Positions 24,249-37,035 of a DNA stretch of 64,000 nucleotides are shown in pieces. The position numbers and the translations under genes were made by a program. Where the stretch lies: positions 496,001 to 560,000 of the forward strand of contig CM082590.2 in the NCBI GenBank assembly GCA_040954595.2, given 5' to 3'. The notes under the pieces were generated by a model that saw only the letters and a list, made by a program, of their open reading frames with translations, was not told where the DNA came from and made no database searches. This stretch comes from Balanoglossus misakiensis. Lineage: Eukaryota > Animalia > Hemichordata. The stretch's first letter is position 1. Each line of letters begins with the position of its first letter.

Positions 24249-24737
24249 CTTATTACTCAGGAACATACAGTGACAGTCAGTACAGTATAAATTGTAAAAT
24301 AAAACATCAAAAATATTCTCCATTTTCATCTTTGTAGACAATCTATTTTAATGGACACTTTGATTACAAAATGGCAGTCTGCTTGTTGCCATAGAAACTT
24401 GACAATCCTTGCTTGAAATGGACAGATATCAACTGTTACCAACTGATGTCAAAGTCAGACATTCTCATAGCAACAGTTTTTGAAATAAAGGGCAATGCAA
24501 ATAGTCACTTTGTGAAATTTGGCAGGATGTTCATATTCTGCAATCCAGAAAATGCTTTGATCCAGCTCAGATTTGCTCTGAATTGACTTCAGGTATTAAC
24601 CTCTAATTTACATACGACTTAATATGGCAAATGGGCATATCGATGTCTTCCAATGAGCATCAGGTGCTACTACTGAAAATCTGTGATTGGTTATTTTCAA
24701 TGGTGACCGTGGTTAAATTTGCATTGGACACAGCATA

Positions 24738-24822
24738 CCCTTTCACCCCCAGTTCCCATTTTTGAGGTCCAACTACACCATAGAAAACAATGGATTTGAG
24801 CTAAACCATGCTGGTGAAAGGG
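24738..24822. mobile_element. Short piggyBac-like MITE in the putative BZW 3' UTR
   Basis: CCCTTTCACC...GGTGAAAGGG|TTAA. Confidence 0.7.
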
Positions 24823-25363
24823 TTAATAAAATTAATGATAAGAAGATGAAGTATCCTTGCCATTTGGTTCAACGACAATATCACACTGTATGTTTTTCTT
24901 CACAGACACAGATTTCAATGGAAACATTAATTTGTATTGTTTATGCAGAGGGATTGATATTCAATTACTTGCATGTTAAACTACAACTCAAAGATTTCCC
25001 TGCTGTGTTGTTGCAGGTTTGTTTGTTAAGGTCAAAGAACAGGAAAATGGCGCAATATCAAATTTTCTTGGGAGATGTTAATCACCAAAGTTGATTTAAA
25101 CTATTTCAATTATAACTATGTTATTTCACAGCTCCAATGCATGCTTTTCCACCACAGAAACAAGGTCCATTTGCACTATTGTGACTCAAATCCAGTCTAT
25201 TTTCTCATTTTGATACACTGATAAATGGGTATGACTTGCAACACTCAAGAATATTAATGGTGGTATGCTCTTTCATGAGCAAGAATAAGTCCACATTCAA
25301 GTCAAGCTGGGCAGACCACTGCACATGTACTTAACTAAAAACGTAGAGATATGCAAACATCTT

Positions 25364-25544
25364 CTGTAAAACAGGAAATTTTCGCGAACAGTGAACTCAC
25401 GAGAACCAAAAAAATCACGAAAAATCAAAAGTAAAGTAAAAACGTTATTCAGAGATATCGATGCAGTGAACTTCGAGAACGCGAAAATTAATTGTCCCAT
25501 AACAGGTACCCTATTGATATTGCGAAAAAATTCCCGTTTTACAG
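25364..25544. mobile_element. Tc1/mariner-type MITE in the putative BZW 3' UTR
   Basis: CTGTAAAACAGGAAATTTTCGCG...CCCGTTTTACAG; relatives at 52830 and 53787. Confidence 0.65.
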
Positions 25545-25819
25545 CATGTCATTTTCAATAAAATCTGTGGCCAGAGAACAAACTATTGACATGAACCTTC
25601 TAAAAGACTTTACAATATTGTCAAATTGCTGGTAAGCAGACCGTTTACAATGCATGGTTTTAATTTACACAGTGAAGCAAAAACAGAATTTTGTAGGTGT
25701 TATAAATAGTTAAATCAACACACACATAAATGGTCTAATTGAAAGCAATTTGAGGCATCGTAAAATGAAAATAACATCTGCAATAGATTTCAGCATGTGT
25801 GCCTTGAATTGTGGGTTAA

Positions 25820-25912
25820 CCCTTTCACCCCCCCTCCCCCCATTGCATTCTTAGATATCCTACCTTGCCACTGAAAACAATGGATTTGGACTGAACCATG
25901 ATGGTGAAAGGG
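25820..25912. mobile_element. Short piggyBac-like MITE in the putative BZW 3' UTR
   Basis: TTAA|CCCTTTCACC...GGTGAAAGGG|TAAA. Confidence 0.7.
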
Positions 25913-26349
25913 TAAAATCACTCTCAATCAACATATTGCCCGAGGAGTTGTCAAAAGCCCAAATGATATTTGTCTTGAATACAATCAGTGTTTATCTTCA
26001 AAGATATTTTTCAAGGAGGACATGAACCATTTATCACCCTGTAAATTGCCTCTCTGTCACAAAGCAGAGATTTTAATAACCTGAATGTAATATAAGCCCT
26101 TACAAAAAGCACTCTTTGATCAAATTGTTGTCATTCACTTAGATGCCATAAAAGTGAAAACTATGGAAAAAGACCCAAGAATATCCACTGATTTGAGGTT
26201 AAGTAACATTGACATTTGCTATCAACAGGAAATCACTGTCTCTAAATATAAACTATTGGGTTTCTCAGCTAAAAATAGTTACATGTATAGGCTTTATGAG
26301 GGGGATTTGTAATTTTGCATCCAAAGTCCATCACCATAAGAACTAGATA

Positions 26350-26372
26350 CTAATCATCATCTTCTGAAGACT
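26350..26372 (-). CDS. BZW: BZW terminal coding exon: (E)SSEDDD-stop
   Basis: Pyrimidine-rich CAG acceptor, then AG TCT TCA GAA GAT GAT GAT TAG. Phase 1 matches the previous exon and the acidic tail is typical of W2 proteins. The exon is short, hence lower confidence. Confidence 0.8.
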
Positions 26373-26857
26373 CTGAAATAAATTGAGAAAAGAAAGTAAA
26401 TATTCAATGGGGCAGGACTCGCTCAGTACAGAAAATTGAAAATATTGTTCTGCATGTATTCACATGTGAGTTCAGTATGTGTGCTTATGTGAGCAAGAAC
26501 GCACTCAACTCATCTATGCTATAGATGCATTTTTTAGATGTAGATTTGGCGTAATGGGTTTGCTTGCTACTTGACTTGATGCAATAGGTCAAATCCAGCA
26601 AAAGTAAAATTGATTCATATAACTTTACCACCCTGCATAAAACCAATCTTTCTAAGCTTAGATTTCAATCTCAATATAGTTACCGAACATGTTTTACATA
26701 GGCACACTGTCTATATCAGCCAGTGAAGTGACTTTCCTAAAACTGGCCTTTATAAACTAATCCTGTCTTATAGCAGCCAGTCAAGGGACTTGACTTTACC
26801 AGTGGCTTTTATGAGACAAGTTAATTAATGCACATGTAAATTGTACAGTGGCCTTAA

Positions 26858-26949
26858 TCATTTCACCCCCAGTTTCCCCTTTAGAGGTCCAATTCTACCA
26901 TAGGAATTTAGGAACAATGAATTTGGACTGAACCATGGTGGTGAAAGAG
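26858..26949. mobile_element. Short piggyBac-like MITE (degenerate) in the last BZW intron
   Basis: TTAA..TTTCACC...TGGACTGAACCATGGTGGTGAAAGAG. Confidence 0.6.
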
Positions 26950-27456
26950 TAAACGGAAAGCTTTCACTATATAGTGGTGGCCACTAACAGTGGTTAGATT
27001 AAATTTGAATCCTCAAATACCGCGCTCTGCTTGATTGTTCAACAACTACATGAAAATGACAATAAAAGCTTCAGTACTGAAGTACACATCCTGGAAAACA
27101 TGTTTTAACTGTCATTTGTGAGTTGCAATCACATGATACAAGACCCATTGCCTGGCTTCAAGTACGTAGTCAACATAACATGTTAAGTGCAGGGGTGGTT
27201 GGAGGTGATATTGCTATGAATAATGCCTAGGACTTTTGTGTTTGCAATTCAGGGAATTCAGTGTACTACTATTACCCCTTTGAACGTCACATTTTCCTTG
27301 TCAAAATGTAGTGCAATATTTTAACACATTCTTATTTTCCCTTGAATTTTAGACAAAGAGGACACAATTTTTCATTGACTTCAGATCTTGAACAAAATTT
27401 TAGAAAATTTGTGGAAAAATTATGAGGTTATTTCAAGAAGACAAGTTGACTATGGT

Positions 27457-29789
27457 CAGTGGTTCCGTTAGATTTTTTTACCTTGCTTATTTTTATACGC
27501 AGTCAATTTTTTTTCGCGTAAAATGTGACAAGATTGCGTAAACAATAGGGTTGTGAAATTTGCATATTCAAGCGTCAGAATAAACTTCACTCATGTCATC
27601 ACCAACATTCTAACAAAACTATTTACTATGCAATATTTAGAGTCCAACAGGCAGTGTTTAATTAACTAAGTTCACTTGTGGAAAAATACAACAACAACAA
27701 CAGCAAACTCTGCATCACCAAAACATGGATGTAAAGTTAAGTCCGCGATCAAACAGTACTACAGTGAATGAAGCGCGTTCAAAGGAATTTCCTTGATATG
27801 CAGTCAACTCATAGTACACTCTTTGTTGTGATTGGACAAGGTATTTGATGCCTGTCACTTGGATTAATAGACGCGTGCACATCATACGCGACAATGGGAC
27901 TGTCTCTCAACTGTCTATGTTTAGACTATGTACATGTATGTACAGTTCAGGTCACGTACGATCAATTTCAGTGCATGAAAAGCCTACTTCCGACGATTAC
28001 GCTGTTGCCGAAATAACAGCATGGCCTCCCGAAAGTCAAAGTCGCCAACTGCAGGGCCTTCCATGGTGATCATCATCAGATCATTAACAACGTCTTCGTT
28101 CAATCCACTGTGACGGCAATTTTTTACACGATTTTGGGTACTGAACCCTCTCTCACACGGCACAGATGAGACCGGGATTACCGCCGCAATGGTAGTTAAG
28201 GTGGTAATGTTAGGATATATCTCTCGATATTCATTGAACAAGAGGGTACACACGGCTATAAAGGACATGTTTCTCAGGCCATACAGCATATGTTTGAAGT
28301 GCTGGTGTTCCTCGCACAGCTCATTGTGATTAATGACGGCTGGGTGGATTTCCCCATTAACGTCAATATCACGACCAAAATGGTCACCGAGTGTCTCCAA
28401 CTCGACTGGTCCGACATTTGCGAGATCGCGTCTGTCTTGAGTTTTCGGGGATTCAGTAAGACATCTAGTGACGAAAGCACAGTGACTTCCTCCTGCGGGA
28501 AACGGTGTTGTAAGTTAAATATTAGTGCCTGGATGAATTCGCGTCGGGTGCCGTTAGCGAACGCAGTCACATTGACGTCGGCCGCGTATCTAAGCTTTAG
28601 GCCCTGATAGGTTTGGTTCTCGCGGTCAAATTGATCGATAAACGTGACCTCGTGCATTCCACTGTATGGTGTCTCCAATAAATTTTCGAGGCTCGCTACT
28701 GTAGATGAGACCATCGGCGCTATAGACGAGAGATCAATATTATCGCGTTGAAATAATAGATTCAATCAAACAATTACTGCCACCACATCCTTCAAGAGCT
28801 TGGTTGTGGCCACGAATTTGAACGACGATGTGCGTGTTACAAGCCCTTTCGCTGTAGCATTATTATTTACGGGGCTAGCTTCCTCCTCCAACTCTAGGGT
28901 GAGAATATACCAACTATTGTTGATCGCGGTTACGGCTCGTGACAATGACAACCAGCGGACAGAACAAGGTTCTTTTAGTGAGCGGAAATCATTGTTATCG
29001 AGTGCTTCATTTAATTCGCGGAGACAATTCATTCGCGCCGTCGAATAGTGGTAAAAATTATACTATTTATAGAAGTTGTTTACATCTCTGCGATATTCGC
29101 GCACATCTACAACTCCTTTATCATGCTTGGTTGCATCACTGGCTGACAGGGCAACGCGGTGAGTCATGCAGTGCACCGACGTCATAAACGGGGTTAGTTT
29201 CTTCAAACGGGCTGCAGTACCATTCAGTCGCCCGACTCCCGAGTCATGGCATTGTCAACTGACCGGCCAATAGCTTTGCGCAATTCCAGGGACTCGCATG
29301 CTGCACGGTGTTCACTTGTCTCCATGTGTCGAGTTAACGCAGAACGTTGTAAATCACCACAACCTTTCGTGAATGAGTTATTTTTACCACTTCGCTTACA
29401 GAGGCGACAGAACATTTTGCCGATTTCACTATTGTAGTATAACCAGCAAAATTCACGCAACAATTCCTGGCGAAATTTATGGTACTGGTACTAGACATCG
29501 ATGACTGACCCCGCGCTATCATGATTCGAATTGGTTTGCTCCGGATCACATACTGTCCGCTGTCGTGTTGGCGTTGATGCCCTAAAGAAACTATCAATAG
29601 TTTTCCGTTTCGACATCCTCAGCCGTGCTTTTTTGTGCAACTTATTTTATACCGCAACTACACCTGACAACGACTGCGTACGTAACGGTAATATTTTTAA
29701 AAAAAACCATGGAGAGACATAATTTTATTGGTTGTCGATGTTAATGCCTGTCACTATAACAGCAACATTTTGCGTTAACGGAACCACTG
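27457..29789 (-). mobile_element. hAT transposon, defective, in the last BZW intron
   Basis: TIR CAGTGGTTCCGTTA; imperfect 8-bp TSD ACTATGGT/TTTATGGT. Confidence 0.9.
27984..29616 (-). pseudogene. hAT transposase remnant (ZNF862-like: TTF zinc finger, RW motif, dimerisation domain)
   Basis: WLYYN..MFCRLC..LTRHMETSEH; CSVRWLS; IPVSSVPCERGFS. Frameshifts and an internal deletion near 29225. Confidence 0.88.
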
Positions 29790-30820
29790 TTTATGGTGCT
29801 GAAAGGGTTGACAAGAAATTGATTGGAAAATGTGTATAAAAGCAGTAAAATGTATCAGTCACTCGTTGACTTCATGTGTACGGCCAGACGTAAATCCTAT
29901 CTTAGTGTAAAGGGCAAAAACATAGTTCGCGGTGTTCTTTAAAGTCCAGGTCCTGTCACATTTTGCTCCTTTTTGTTGTCATTACTCATTTGTATTCGAG
30001 TTATCGCTGTTTCTATTATTGTTACAGAGAAATAAAATATTATAATACAAACTAGTATATATATGGGTATTAAAGATCAAAAATGGATGTAAATATCTTG
30101 CACCAATATTGAAAAAAATGCCCGAAAATTGAAGTGTATGCAGAAAATCAGCGTGACTTTTCCGGAAATTGCCGAGTACGTGCCGTTTTCACCCCATACA
30201 GCTGTGACGTCACTAGTAGAACAGGTAACAAACATGTCTGCCATTCGTACGGCGTAATGCATGCGGTGCCGATGACTGTGGCTGCATGACTTTTGATCAA
30301 ACCTGAAGTGACAGCAAAGGTGGTGACAGGGCTCGAAATTAACCAAAACCTGTCTTGGGGCTACCATTTTCCAATTTTGGTAGCCCACTCGGGCTACCAC
30401 ATGTTTCAGTCCGTACGATGCGCCGTGCATCGATAGCAGTATCATTAGTGAGCTTCAGTGGCCGCGCTTGTTTTTAATTTCCTTGATCTCAGGGGACGCA
30501 CTGAAACCACAAACTGCGTCCTTTGCTCTTTTGAGTGCGTCTTTACCTAATTTGCATGTCTTGATTAGGTTGTTGGCGTTGCCCTAATTGTCTTGAAATT
30601 TAACCTTTGAGTGCGTTGATAAAAATAATTGCAACATATTAGTCAGAAATCTTTGAGGCCTGCCAGCTGGCTGAGCGTAGTGTGTAGTACATGCGGTCGC
30701 CATATGACATACCGGCAGGCAACCGCTGTATAGTGTGGCTATATTTGTGGGCTACCAATCATGGGTTTTGGGCTACCAACATTGGGAAATGGTAGCCCAA
30801 GTGGGCAACCACTCAAAAAA

Positions 30821-33570
30821 TTAAAGCTGCAAGCAGCGTTGGCGGGGCACAAGCGGTTCCCATAGTAACCAGCAAATGCCAAGGCTGTATCTGCTGTGGA
30901 TACCAAGATATGGGAAAGTAGGTCAAAGGTCACCTGAGGTCACCCCAAATTTGGGCAAAAAAATCGGACCTCATACTAGTCTAGGTCCAACAAAAACCAG
31001 ACCCCTAGCTCTATTGGTTCGCCTAGAACTAGGTATGCGCATAATTAATGAGGTCTAGTGTAAGACTCCATATGTGCTCCATCGGCCCCCCAAAAAGGCA
31101 GGACTCTAACTGCTGTGGATGCTGAGATATGGGGAAGTAGATCAAAGGTCATCCAAGGTCACCAAAAATTTGGGCATAAAATTTTGACCCCGGAGTGGAC
31201 CATGTCCAACTAAAACCAGACCTCTAGCCTTATTGGTTAGCCTGGAATTAGATATGCAGGAAAATGATGTTTCAGAAATAGGTCAAGGGTCATTGCCAAA
31301 ATTAAAATATTTGTGTCATGTCCTGGCAGCATTGGTACCCATGTCCACAAAATTCATGACTGTGGTGCTTTGACAAGAGGAGGTATGGGGAATATGCATA
31401 TATAATTAGTTGTTTTAAAACTGCGTCAAAGGTCATGTGAAAATTGCCCCGAAAAATTGTGACAACTTCCGGTCATATGATGACTCATATCCAACAAAAG
31501 AATTTCCGTGCTTTCAACATTTTGGCTACAAAACGGAATTTTCATTTTTCAATGGTTTTCCGAAAATCCAACATGGCTGCCATAATGATCGACCAATCAC
31601 AGTGCGCTTCGCAAACGTGATAGACATAGGTTAGGTGACCACATACCCCGAATCCTGTGACTCAGCAATCGCTGGTTCTGGAGAAGAAGATTTTTAAAGT
31701 TTTAAGTAGTTTTTCAGAAAAACAATTGTAGCAAAAAAACGGTATGTGTGACGTCATGATTTCAATTGGGTAAAATGATGGACAGAAGGTAGGCTACCTG
31801 CACACCAAATTTGAACTCGATTGGCCCAGTAGTTTTTGAGAAGGACTCGTTTAACGATTTTCAGGAAATCCAATATGGCCGCCAGGTCACGTGACTAATT
31901 AAATATTCACGAGCCACTGCACGTCTACTCATTGGCCCCTATCACCCTACCAAGTTTCAGGCCCCTAGGTGCTGCCGTTTTCCAGATCTACCTGGCCGAA
32001 TTTTGGAGAAGAAGAAGAAGAAGAAGAAGAATTAAAGCTGCAAGCAGCATTGTCCGGGCCCAAGCTCTATTATCTGATCTGATTATTAGATATGCACATA
32101 ATTAATGAGTAGAAACATAATGCTGTGTTTTATCCCATGAAATATCAAGGTTATATCTATGTTTGGTGTTGATATAGTGTTAAGTAGGTCAAAGGTCACC
32201 CAGAGGTCATCCACAATTTGGGCAGAAAATGTTGACCCATGTCCAACAAAAACCAGACCTCTAGCCCTTTTGGTTAGCTCGGAATTAGGTATGCACATAA
32301 ATAATGAGTTATGCAGGTGTCACAGGTGACCCAAAACTTTGGCTTTTCATTATGGCCCCATACCTCCAAACGCCAAGGCTGTATCTGCTGTGGATGTCGA
32401 GATATGCAAAAGTAGGTCAAAGGTCACCCGAGGTCACCCATTATTTGGGCAAAATATTTTGACCCCATACTGATCCATGTCCAAAAAAACCAAACCTCTA
32501 GGTCTATTGGTTCATCTGTAATTAGGTATGTACATATTTAATGAGGTCAGCAGAGGTCAAAGGGGTCATGAAAAGTAGCAAAAATTTTTGATCACATACA
32601 AATCCACATACATCAAAAACCAAACTTATAGCCCTATTGGTTAGCCTGGAATTAGATATGCAGAAAAATGATTCGTCAAAAGTAGATCAAAGGTCATTGC
32701 CAAAATTACCAAAATATTTATAGCTTATTCTTGTCATATGATGATTCATATCCAGCAAAAAGAATTTCTGTGCTATCAATTTTTAGGCTAGAAAAGGAAT
32801 TTTTACTTTTTAATCGTTTTTCACAAAATCCAATATGGCCGCCATAATCTTCGACCAATCACATTCCCCTTTGCAAACTTGATAGACATATGTTTAATGA
32901 CCACACACACCAAATCTTGTGACTCGGTAATCGCCCGTTCTGGAGAAGAAGATTTTTGAAGTTTTACTATGGTTTTTCGAAAATCCAATATGGCCGCCAT
33001 AATCTTCGACCAATCACAATGATCTTCGCAAACTTGATAGACATCAGTTAGGTGACCACATACCCCAAACGGCGTGACTCGGTTATCGCCGGTTCTGGAG
33101 AAGAAGATTTTTGAAATTTTGACCAAATTTCAGAAAAACAACTGTAGCATAAAAACTGCAACATTGACAGCAAAATATCCAATTACAAAAATGATGGGCA
33201 GAGGGTATACTACCAGCACGCCAAATCTGAAGTCGATCTGACTTGTAGTTTCTGAGATCTGAGATTTGCATTTTTTCAGAAAATCCAATATGGCCGCCAT
33301 GTCACGTGACTAATTAAGTATTCACAAGTCACTGCACATCTACTCATTGACCTTGACCACTGTAGCAAGTTTGAGAACTGTACCTGCAGCGGTGTCTGAG
33401 ATCTAGAGCTACAAAGAAATGAACCAAGAATAAAGAAAGAAAGAAAAACCCCAACGAAACCAATACGGGCCCAAGCCTGGCTTGGCTTGGGCCCGTAATA
33501 AGAAGAAATATTCCAACAATACCAATAGGGGCACAAGCCTATCGGGCTTGTGCGACAGTGCCCCTAATTA
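30821..33570 (-). mobile_element. Family X element (outer copy)
   Basis: TTAAAGCTGCAAGCAGC start; (GAA)n and GCACAAGCC/GGCTTGTGC hairpin at the end. Confidence 0.7.
32032..33500 (-). mobile_element. Family X element (inner copy) inserted in the (GAA)n tract of the outer copy
   Basis: Second TTAAAGCTGCAAGCAGC start; own hairpin GGGCCCAAGCC...GGCTTGGGCCC. The GAA tract resumes after 33500. Confidence 0.75.
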
Positions 33571-34039
33571 AAATTCGAGCCCTGCGGTGATAGTGACCAA
33601 CTTGTAGAGGCTATCTTAATGTCTAGCCAATATCATTACACATTTTCTAGAGCATCGACACGTCACTATGTTCCAGGTGCTAGTGCTATTGTACAGCTGA
33701 GCGATATTGAGTCACATCAATCAGTGCACAATAAAATTTAAATTGTGTGCAAGTATTAAGTTAGAATGGAAATTACTCGGCAAAATGTTGATAGTTATAC
33801 TCAATTTGGTGGATGTTGGCGATGTGTACTGTATCGTGCCGTCGTGCCTTGTCGTGTCTGTTTATGTTGACAACATTTACCACCCATGGCCATGCAGTAA
33901 TGCACATTGGCGACGTGGTGAGTTGTTTATTATTACTGTAAAGTCAAATCGTTGCGAGACTGACCCAAAATTATGTAAACAGTAATTAAATGGTTGTGTA
34001 AATATGGCAAATAGTTCATCCAGTGACCATTGGCAAATT

Positions 34040-35570
34040 AAAAAAAAATAGCGTCAAGGACACTGTGGTCCCATTTGAGGACATAGCACATAGCAACATA
34101 GCAATAAGCATATCTGCTCTCGATGCAAAGATATGTAAAAGTAGGTCAAAGGTCACCTGAGGTCATGCAAAATTTGGGCAAGAAATTTTGACCCTATACT
34201 GGTCCATTTTCAACAAAAAAACAAACCTATAGCCCTATTGGTTAGCCTGGAATTAGGTATGCACATAATTAATGAGATATGCAGGTGTAACAGGTGACCC
34301 CCAATTTTGGCTTTTCAATTTTAGTCCCAACCCTCCAAACGCCAAGTCTGTACCTGCTCTGGATGCCAAGATATGATAAAGTAGGTCAAAGGTCACCTGA
34401 GGTCATGCAAAATTTGGGCAAGAAATTTTGACCTTATACTGGTCCATGTTCAATAAAAACAAAACCTATAGCCTTATTGGTTAGCCTGGAATTAGGTATG
34501 CACATAATTAATGAGATATGCAGGTGTCACAGGTGACCCCCAATTTTGGCTTTTCAATTTTAGTCCCAACCCTCAAAACGCCAAGTCTGTACCTGCTCTG
34601 GATGCCAAGATATGGAAAAGTAGGTCAAAGGTCACCTGAGGTCATGCAAAATTTGGGCAAGAAATTTTGACCCTATACTGGTCCATGTTCAACAAAAACC
34701 AAACCTATAGCCCTATTGGTTAGCCTGGAATTAGGTATGCACATAATTAATGAGATATGCAGGTGTCACAGGTGACCCATATTTTGGCTTTTCAATTTTA
34801 GTCCCAACCCTCCAAACGCTAAGTCTGTACCTGCTCTGGATGCCGAGATATAGGAAAGTAGGTCAAAGGTCACCTGAGGTCACCCAAAATTTGGGGAAGA
34901 AATTTTGACCCTATACATGTCCATGTCTCACAAGAACGAAACCTCTAGCCCTATTAGTTAGCCCGGAATTAGGTATGCACATAATTAATGTGTTAAGCAG
35001 GTGTTACAGGTGAGCCCAAAAATTTGCCTTTTATTTTGGCCCCATTGTGCTCACTGACCAATAGACAGTCACTGTACAGGACTATTGCACAGACCAGAAT
35101 TCCACAATAAGACGTGGACATAGCTTAACCATAGAGGTATAAGTAAAGGTATAAATTTAACAAAAGGCTAAAAAATTCATAAAAAATAAAACATCCATGA
35201 TATCAACTTAACACTTACAGGTCGGTGTGAGGTTGACATAAGGTACATGCATACCAATTGTCAAAGCAATCTGACCAGTAGTTGTTGACTTACAGAGTTT
35301 TGATCAATTTCACATTTTTCCAGCTAATTTGCATATTTTTGGGCCTGGCAACTTCGTTTGGACAAACTCCCATCTACAGCCCTGCCTGCACCTACACACC
35401 AAATATTGAGGTGATACGCGCAGCGGTTTTCAAGTTTTTGATGTGGACGGACATACAGACATACATCCATACATCCATCCATCCATCCATCCATCCATAC
35501 ATACATACAGACGCAACCCATCCCATAAGGTCCCATGGTATATAGGCCTATACCAATGGGACCTAAAAAT
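34040..35570 (+). mobile_element. HINE/DINE-like family Y element containing a ~240-bp tandem array
   Basis: AAATAGCGTCAAGGACACTGTGGTCCCATT start, (CATC/CATA)n microsatellite, terminal hairpin AGGTCCCAT...ATGGGACCT. Confidence 0.75.
34110..35050. repeat. Tandem array, ~3.9 units of ~237-240 bp
   Basis: GTAGGTCAAAGGTCACCTGAGGTCA recurs at 34141, 34381, 34620 and 34857. Confidence 0.92.
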
Positions 35571-35802
35571 CATACGTTCGGCACTGTTAACCGAACGCAT
35601 CCATAGGGCAGCCAGCAGACTTGCATAAATCGATGGAGGTAAATTAAATCACAAAGAACCACAACCCACATACATGAAATCGGTGTTTTTGTTATAAATT
35701 ATTTAATAAAATGTCGTAGTAATTGTTATTGCTGTTATACGTATCATAAATACGAATAACTTCCGAGCAGCTAGCAGTTGACCTGGTGTTTAGGGTTCAC
35801 CC

Positions 35803-37035
35803 CAATCTGATTAAAATCAGATGTAGGGAACGGTGACGTGGGTTGTTTTTTTTATGCTGTTGCCTCACACTACATCTGACCAACTCTCACTGGAGCTCCC
35901 GTTGAAATCTTCGGGATTTACTGGGCCAGTAAACCTATCAGAAGGCGCCTTATAACGAACGGTAGGCATCCAATTATCACATGACCTGGCCCCTTGCGGC
36001 TGTTACCATGGAGCTGGACGTATACCAGCGCGAGAGTCGAATGGGGAATGGTTTCGAGCCAGTTCAGCGTGACGACTGAACCTCTATCCACTGGCCACCG
36101 AAATGTATAAGACGTGGCAACAAGTCGGAGTAAAATTGTTAGGGAATTGATAACATTTATGTAAGGCCATCCCAGGGTGAGATTCTGTCGCCACAATCAA
36201 TTGTATTTATGCAGAAACGCGTACCGACCGATAGCTCTGCGTACAGGTCTGTGTGTTCCCGGCGTTAAACGGCCTCCACAGACAAAACTGGTGTGTCTGC
36301 GGTCCTGATCCGGACCGCAGCTTTTTCGATTTTATCGAAGCAAAATCTACTTCTACCTCCTAACCGACTTCAAATATGATGCGATTAACTTGTCCGAACG
36401 TCCGACCCACTCGCGTTCTGGTTTATTTTTGTGTCTTTATATATTGAGATCACCATACTGAATATAAGGCTTACAGCGAGTTGAGCCTTGCAGGGCTGGA
36501 CCTGTAACGCCGCTGCTGGGAACACACAGACCGACTGCACTGACTTGACCTTCCTTAGCCGAAGTTAGCGTTATTTTAAAAATCCTGTCACATTAATGGT
36601 TTTGGGATACATGGCAGTGGAAATTGGTTTATTTTTTTTATAAACTTTTACATGAAGTACGTTATTTTTCCCGACTGGAGGCATGACTACGAGGGCGACC
36701 ATGACGAGATTTTATGAATGATCACAGATCAGCGATAGTTCATCATTTGTATATGGCTACAGCTCGACGTTGCACTGCTCTGCGAAAACCCCTCGCATAT
36801 GATGACGCCAAAGAAAGAAAGATATCATGGGATTACATGTAATTGTTCACAAGAGAAAGCCAATCTGTCGTATACTGTGTGATACTCGAAGCCAACAAGA
36901 AAATTTCTCCCATTTCCCAGTGCAATTCTTTGGTCGACGTAACATGCAATCTAATTGGCCGGGTCGGAATGCGCGATTTCAACGGGAGCTCCAGTGAGAG
37001 TTGGTCAGATGTAGTGTGAGGCGACGGCATAAAAA
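35803..37035. mobile_element. Family Z non-autonomous DNA transposon, right tip replaced by a family Y copy
   Basis: CAATCTGATTAAAATCAGATGTAGGGAACGG terminus; colinear with 50910-52124. Confidence 0.8.
36232..36532. mobile_element. TAG-terminated MITE within family Z, right tip deleted
   Basis: TAGCTCTGCGTACAGGTCTGTGTGTTCCC start. Interior is the reverse complement of the 51349-51591 interior. Confidence 0.75.

Larger units (their letters stand above)
30327..33584. mobile_element. hAT-like MITE hosting two nested family X elements
   Basis: TIR CAGGGCTCGAA(A)TT...AATTCGAGCCCTG. Flanks TGGTGA/CGGTGA are only an imperfect TSD. Confidence 0.7.
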
